Below are positions 40,553 to 43,789 of a stretch of 43,789 nt of DNA, piece by piece (positions within the stretch are counted from its first letter, which is position 1; each line of letters starts with the position of its first letter). Location of the stretch: the IMG/VR virus record IMGVR_UViG_3300037479_000281. One strand, 5' to 3'. The notes below the pieces were generated by a model that saw nothing but the letters and a program-made list of their open reading frames with translations, had not been told where the DNA came from and did no database searches. The stretch comes from a virus. The translations under genes and the position numbers were made by a program.

Positions 40553-42243
40553 TGCGAGCCGATATCGGCGAGAACCTCACTCTCCACCGAGAGGCGGTTG
40601 CGGGCGCCGAGCGGGTCCTCTACTTCCGTCGGGCAGGGCTAGTCTCATCGACAAGCCTTGTCCAGACGACGAAGCTTCAAGACCTGTTCAATATTGCCGC
40701 TGAGATGGGCGCCATCGTCGAACCCCTGCGCGGCACGGTCATCTCGGGCCTGGTGACGATCCCCAACGGCTGCCGGGGGATTGTCGGCAAAGGCTGGGAT
40801 TGTGTGCTTCAGCAGGCCGCCGCTGGCCCGAACCTCTTCAAGCTCAATTCGGTTCAGCGGTTTCGCGCCGAAGGATTTACTTGCCAGGGGGTCTCCGGCG
40901 ATAACGACAATTCGGACAACAACGCTTTTGACATTGACTCGTCGGCTGGCTCCCCGGCGATTGGCGATTCGGCGCAGTTCATCTTTCGCGACATCCGTTT
41001 CCGCCAGTGGCGCTACAACGGGATCCTGACGCGCTACCTGGAAGACCTGGTGGTTGATTCCTGCTGGTTCGACTCCTGCTCCCATGGTCTCAACGTCCAC
41101 GAGAGCAAGGCGGCACGGATCACCAACAACTTCTTCAACGCCTCCCAACTCACCGAGCTTCTCTCGATCGCCATTGCGATCAACACCCGCAACTCTACCC
41201 CCTCAGTCCACAACGAGGCGGTTTATATCGCCGGGAACGTGATCAAAGACCGCTGGGGCGGCGAGTCGATTCTCGTCCACGACGGTAAGGGAGTCTCGAT
41301 CCTTGGCAACCAGATCGTCAACGGCCTCGTCGGGATCCAGGTCCAGCCCGGCGGCTCGGCCGATCACATCTGCGAGGATGTCTCAATCGTCGGGAACAAC
41401 ATTGTCCTGACGACTGAAAGCCACACGGTTGACGAGGCCTCCAACTCCGGGATCGTTCTCTCTGGAAAGAGCACCACCGTGCGCCTGCGCCAGTGCGCTG
41501 TCATTGGCAACACCGTCCGCAACGCCAACCAGATGAAGAACACCGCCGGCGAGGCTGGGATCTCGGTCAATGGCTACGAGGATGGGCTCACGCTCCAGGG
41601 GAATTGCGTCTACAACTCCAAAGGCGTCGGCATTCGCCTCGGCGGTAACGCGCACTATTCGATGGCAATCATCGGCAACGTCGTTGAAGACGTTGACACC
41701 GATGTCTCCGGCCATCGCTACGGCTTCCTTCTCAAGGAAGGCGGCTCGGCCGATGGCGTCATTGCCGGGAACTACGTCGATACGGCCGACGTGGGGATCT
41801 ACTGCGACGGCGAGTATTCGGCGCTCAGGTGCTACGGGAACAACTTCCAGGGAGTCACGACCCGGATTTCGGTCGACACCGCCAAGGGTGCGAATCTGGG
41901 GCTTGTGACCCCGATTCTGACGGCTAATTTTGCGTTGTCGGCCAGTTGGGGTTCGACTGCGACGGTCGATACGATTTCTGGGTGGGATCCGGCTGGGAAA
42001 TTTCGCGTCAATTCCGCTGGCGTTGGCCAAGCAGCCAATCCCACCGTGACTCTCACTTTTACCGACGGCTCCTTTGGCGTGGCGCCTCGGGCAGTAGTTT
42101 CCCGCAATGGCGGAAATCAGCCGGCAGTATTGCCAACCTGGACAACGTCGTCTACAACGCTGGTCATAACGTTTCCAGGAACTCCGGTGGCTGGCGAGAG
42201 CTACGATTTTGAGTTTATCCTTCACCCGGAGAACCTCGTATAG
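40552..42243 (+). CDS. Right-handed parallel beta-helix tailspike (pectate-lyase-fold), 563 aa
   Basis: There are many PbH1-type repeats (ILGNQIVNG, VSIVGNNIVL, CAVIGNTVRN, TLQGNCVYNS, MAIIGNVVED, GVIAGNYVDT). Confidence 0.8.
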   Translation: MRADIGENLTLHREAVAGAERVLYFRRAGLVSSTSLVQTTKLQDLFNIAAEMGAIVEPLRGTVISGLVTIPNGCRGIVGKGWDCVLQQAAAGPNLFKLNSVQRFRAEGFTCQGVSGDNDNSDNNAFDIDSSAGSPAIGDSAQFIFRDIRFRQWRYNGILTRYLEDLVVDSCWFDSCSHGLNVHESKAARITNNFFNASQLTELLSIAIAINTRNSTPSVHNEAVYIAGNVIKDRWGGESILVHDGKGVSILGNQIVNGLVGIQVQPGGSADHICEDVSIVGNNIVLTTESHTVDEASNSGIVLSGKSTTVRLRQCAVIGNTVRNANQMKNTAGEAGISVNGYEDGLTLQGNCVYNSKGVGIRLGGNAHYSMAIIGNVVEDVDTDVSGHRYGFLLKEGGSADGVIAGNYVDTADVGIYCDGEYSALRCYGNNFQGVTTRISVDTAKGANLGLVTPILTANFALSASWGSTATVDTISGWDPAGKFRVNSAGVGQAANPTVTLTFTDGSFGVAPRAVVSRNGGNQPAVLPTWTTSSTTLVITFPGTPVAGESYDFEFILHPENLV

Positions 42244-42253
42244 GGAGGCGGTA

Positions 42254-42442
42254 ATGCGGCTGATTAGTGCGGCGCTATTACTCCTGGCGACTGGATGCGC
42301 TACGAGCCTTCGGCTCGACAAGTCCACGCTGATAGTCCTGACGCTGGGTCCGACCTTCGTTCTTCACCGCGAGGTCGACGCAGAGGCAAAGGTCGAGGCC
42401 AATGAACCCGACACCGCTAAGGTTCCGGGACCTAAGCGCTGA
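42254..42442 (+). CDS. Small lipoprotein, o-spanin-like (62 aa)
   Basis: A GGGAGG RBS precedes the ATG at 42254. The N-terminus MRLISAALLLLATGC carries a lipobox (LATGC). Confidence 0.6.
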   Translation: MRLISAALLLLATGCATSLRLDKSTLIVLTLGPTFVLHREVDAEAKVEANEPDTAKVPGPKR

Positions 42443-42770
42443 GGAGCGCGCGGCGATCTGCAATGGCTGCGGCGCCAAAGGCGGGCTTGTCCCCGTGCCG
42501 GATTTCATCTTTACCGCTTCCTGCAACCATCACGATTTCAACTACTGGCTCGGCTGCACCGAAGAGGACCGTAAGAGGGCCGATCTTCAGTTCTACCGCG
42601 CCATGAAAGCTGATGTGGGACGGGTCGCCTGGTTCCGGCGCCCGCTGCTCCACTTCCTGGCCTGGAGGTACTACCGCGCAGTTCGGCGCTGGGGGGCTTC
42701 GGCCTTCCATTATGGGTCAAGAGAAAGAACGCGAGAGGACCTGGAAAGAGAACTGGCCCAACGTGGCTGA
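42402..42770 (+). CDS. Phospholipase A2-like protein (122 aa)
   Basis: The sequence contains CNGCG...C.HHDFNY.....EDRKRADLQFYRAM. This resembles the HD(F).Y catalytic dyad and downstream Asp of secreted and bacterial PLA2; the comparison is from memory and was not searched. Confidence 0.5.
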   Translation: MNPTPLRFRDLSAEERAAICNGCGAKGGLVPVPDFIFTASCNHHDFNYWLGCTEEDRKRADLQFYRAMKADVGRVAWFRRPLLHFLAWRYYRAVRRWGASAFHYGSRERTREDLERELAQRG

Positions 42771-43194
42771 TACGAGCGAGTTCATCGACCGTGTGGCAGA
42801 TAGGGTTGGAAAGCGAATCCCAGGCTGGGTCTACAAGGCCGGCTTCAGCGCGCTTGCAAGCATCGTCATCGGCTGCCTGCTTGCCGTCGACTACATGCGA
42901 ATGCAGGCGGTCGACGGCCGTTTCCAGGGAGTCATCGAAGCCGCATCGAACAAGTACGAGACGCTCCTGGCGCACTGCAACAACCGCTTCCTCGCGCACG
43001 AGGCGCGCATCGCCGAGGGCGAGCGCATCCGCATCGAGCGCCTGAAGCAGCTCGACGAGCACGAGAAGTTGATTGCCGTCAACACGACGAAACTCAAGAC
43101 GATCGAGGACGGCATCGCGAGCGCGCTTGACCAACTACGAAAGTCAATCGATCGCCTCGAAGGCAAGGTCGACAAGCTGAAGGACAAGCCATGA
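42712..43194 (+). CDS. N-terminal TM plus coiled-coil protein, i-spanin or holin-like (about 160 aa)
   Basis: The TM segment is GFSALASIVIGCLLAV, followed by a long coiled coil. The start is the ATG at 42712 or the GTG at 42763. Confidence 0.5.
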   Translation: MGQEKERERTWKENWPNVADTSEFIDRVADRVGKRIPGWVYKAGFSALASIVIGCLLAVDYMRMQAVDGRFQGVIEAASNKYETLLAHCNNRFLAHEARIAEGERIRIERLKQLDEHEKLIAVNTTKLKTIEDGIASALDQLRKSIDRLEGKVDKLKDKP

Positions 43195-43631
43195 TCCGCC
43201 CCGTCGTTGGACTCATCCTCGTCTCGCCTCTTTTACTGCTCGCGCAAACCGTCCCGACGTCGCCGACCGACTTCCCGGCCATGCCGCCAACGGCGGTCAT
43301 CGCCTGGCAGCCGGTGACGAAGGACGTGAAGGGCGGAACCGAGACAATCATCGCCTACGAGGCAGCGATCACTGCGGCGACCGTCGACCTGAGCCAGCCT
43401 GGGGCCGTCCCGCTGGCCAGAAAGACCCTGCCGGCTACGGTCACCGAGATCAGAGTCAACGACCTCCTCCCGGCGCTTCCCGACGGGAATTACCGCATCT
43501 GGGCTCGCGCCCAGGACGCAGCCGGGACATGGAGCGCGTGGAGTGTTCCTTTTGAGAAGCCGGTCGACGGCACGGCCCCAGCGGCTCCGGTCCTGTCGAT
43601 CAAGATCGAAGTCACAGTCACGGTTCGATAG
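43191..43631 (+). CDS. Secreted FN3/Ig-like domain protein (146 aa)
   Basis: The signal-like N-terminus is LILVSPLLLLAQT, followed by a beta-sandwich-like region. There is an ATGA overlap upstream and a TAGTG overlap downstream. Confidence 0.55.
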   Translation: MIRPVVGLILVSPLLLLAQTVPTSPTDFPAMPPTAVIAWQPVTKDVKGGTETIIAYEAAITAATVDLSQPGAVPLARKTLPATVTEIRVNDLLPALPDGNYRIWARAQDAAGTWSAWSVPFEKPVDGTAPAAPVLSIKIEVTVTVR

Positions 43632-43789
43632 TGGCCAACTACTTCGTGGCCGCCTCGGGCGGCAGCGACTCCAACTCAGGGACGAGTGAGGCCTCGCCGT
43701 GGGCCACCATCGCCAAGGCGATCGGCTCCGGCGTCAGCACGCCAGTTGTCCAGGGGGACACTATCCACCTGCGCGGCGGCACCCACACT
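43631..43789 (+). CDS. 5' part of the junction-spanning beta-helix tailspike gene (continues at 2..1306)
   Basis: The GTG at 43631 overlaps the upstream TAG. Codon phase carries through the 127-bp repeat into frame 2 at the window start. Confidence 0.8.
   Translation, partial: MANYFVAASGGSDSNSGTSEASPWATIAKAIGSGVSTPVVQGDTIHLRGGTHT
43663..43789. repeat. Terminal direct repeat, copy 2
   Basis: Exact match to 1..127. Confidence 0.95.

Noticed and set aside
1-43789. A diversity-generating retroelement, a retron, a toxin-antitoxin pair or a lysogeny module.
   Set aside because: No reverse-transcriptase-like ORF (no YxDD motif in any long ORF) was seen. I also saw no template/variable repeat pair, no integrase or recombinase, and no CI/Cro-like pair other than the single RHH gene.

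Overview
The window is one complete, GC-rich dsDNA phage genome. It has about 43,662 unique bp, and the first and last 127 bp are identical. It was linearised inside a beta-helix tailspike gene that reads across the junction (43631..43789, continuing into 2..1306). All calls are based on motifs, RBSs and gene architecture read from the sequence; no homology search was run.

The genome has two divergent arms that start from a compact control region at about 18440..18527.

1. Leftward arm (minus strand, 18400 down to 3999). This holds about 40 small, translationally coupled early genes:
- a Sak4-like ATPase, a DUF669-type SSB with a DDDSIPF tail, and a RuvC-like resolvase;
- a DUF1376 replication-associated protein;
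- an orphan C5 cytosine methyltransferase;
- a pentapeptide-repeat protein of 23 repeat units;
- many CxxC zinc-ribbon proteins;
- a terminal block of exported proteins that ends in a dockerin-like moron with a flanking terminator on each side.

2. Rightward arm (plus strand, 18528 through the junction to 3790). In order it encodes:
- a ribbon-helix-helix regulator and three short terminator-bounded units;
- a candidate late promoter, then large terminase, portal, scaffold and an HK97-like major capsid protein;
- adaptor-like and nozzle-like proteins and three large ejection-type proteins;
- two beta-helix tailspikes;
- a lysis-like cassette of a lipoprotein, a phospholipase-A2-like protein and a TM coiled-coil protein.

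I found no integrase, DNA or RNA polymerase, tRNA or CRISPR array.

The most unusual content is a set of carbohydrate and small-molecule modifying enzymes embedded in the head and tail morphogenesis operon. These are a sulfotransferase-like protein and a SAM methyltransferase between portal and scaffold, a 795-aa GT2-TPR-GT4 dual glycosyltransferase just after the capsid gene, and a GNAT-like acetyltransferase. Together they suggest a virion or host-surface glycan modification system that includes sulfation.
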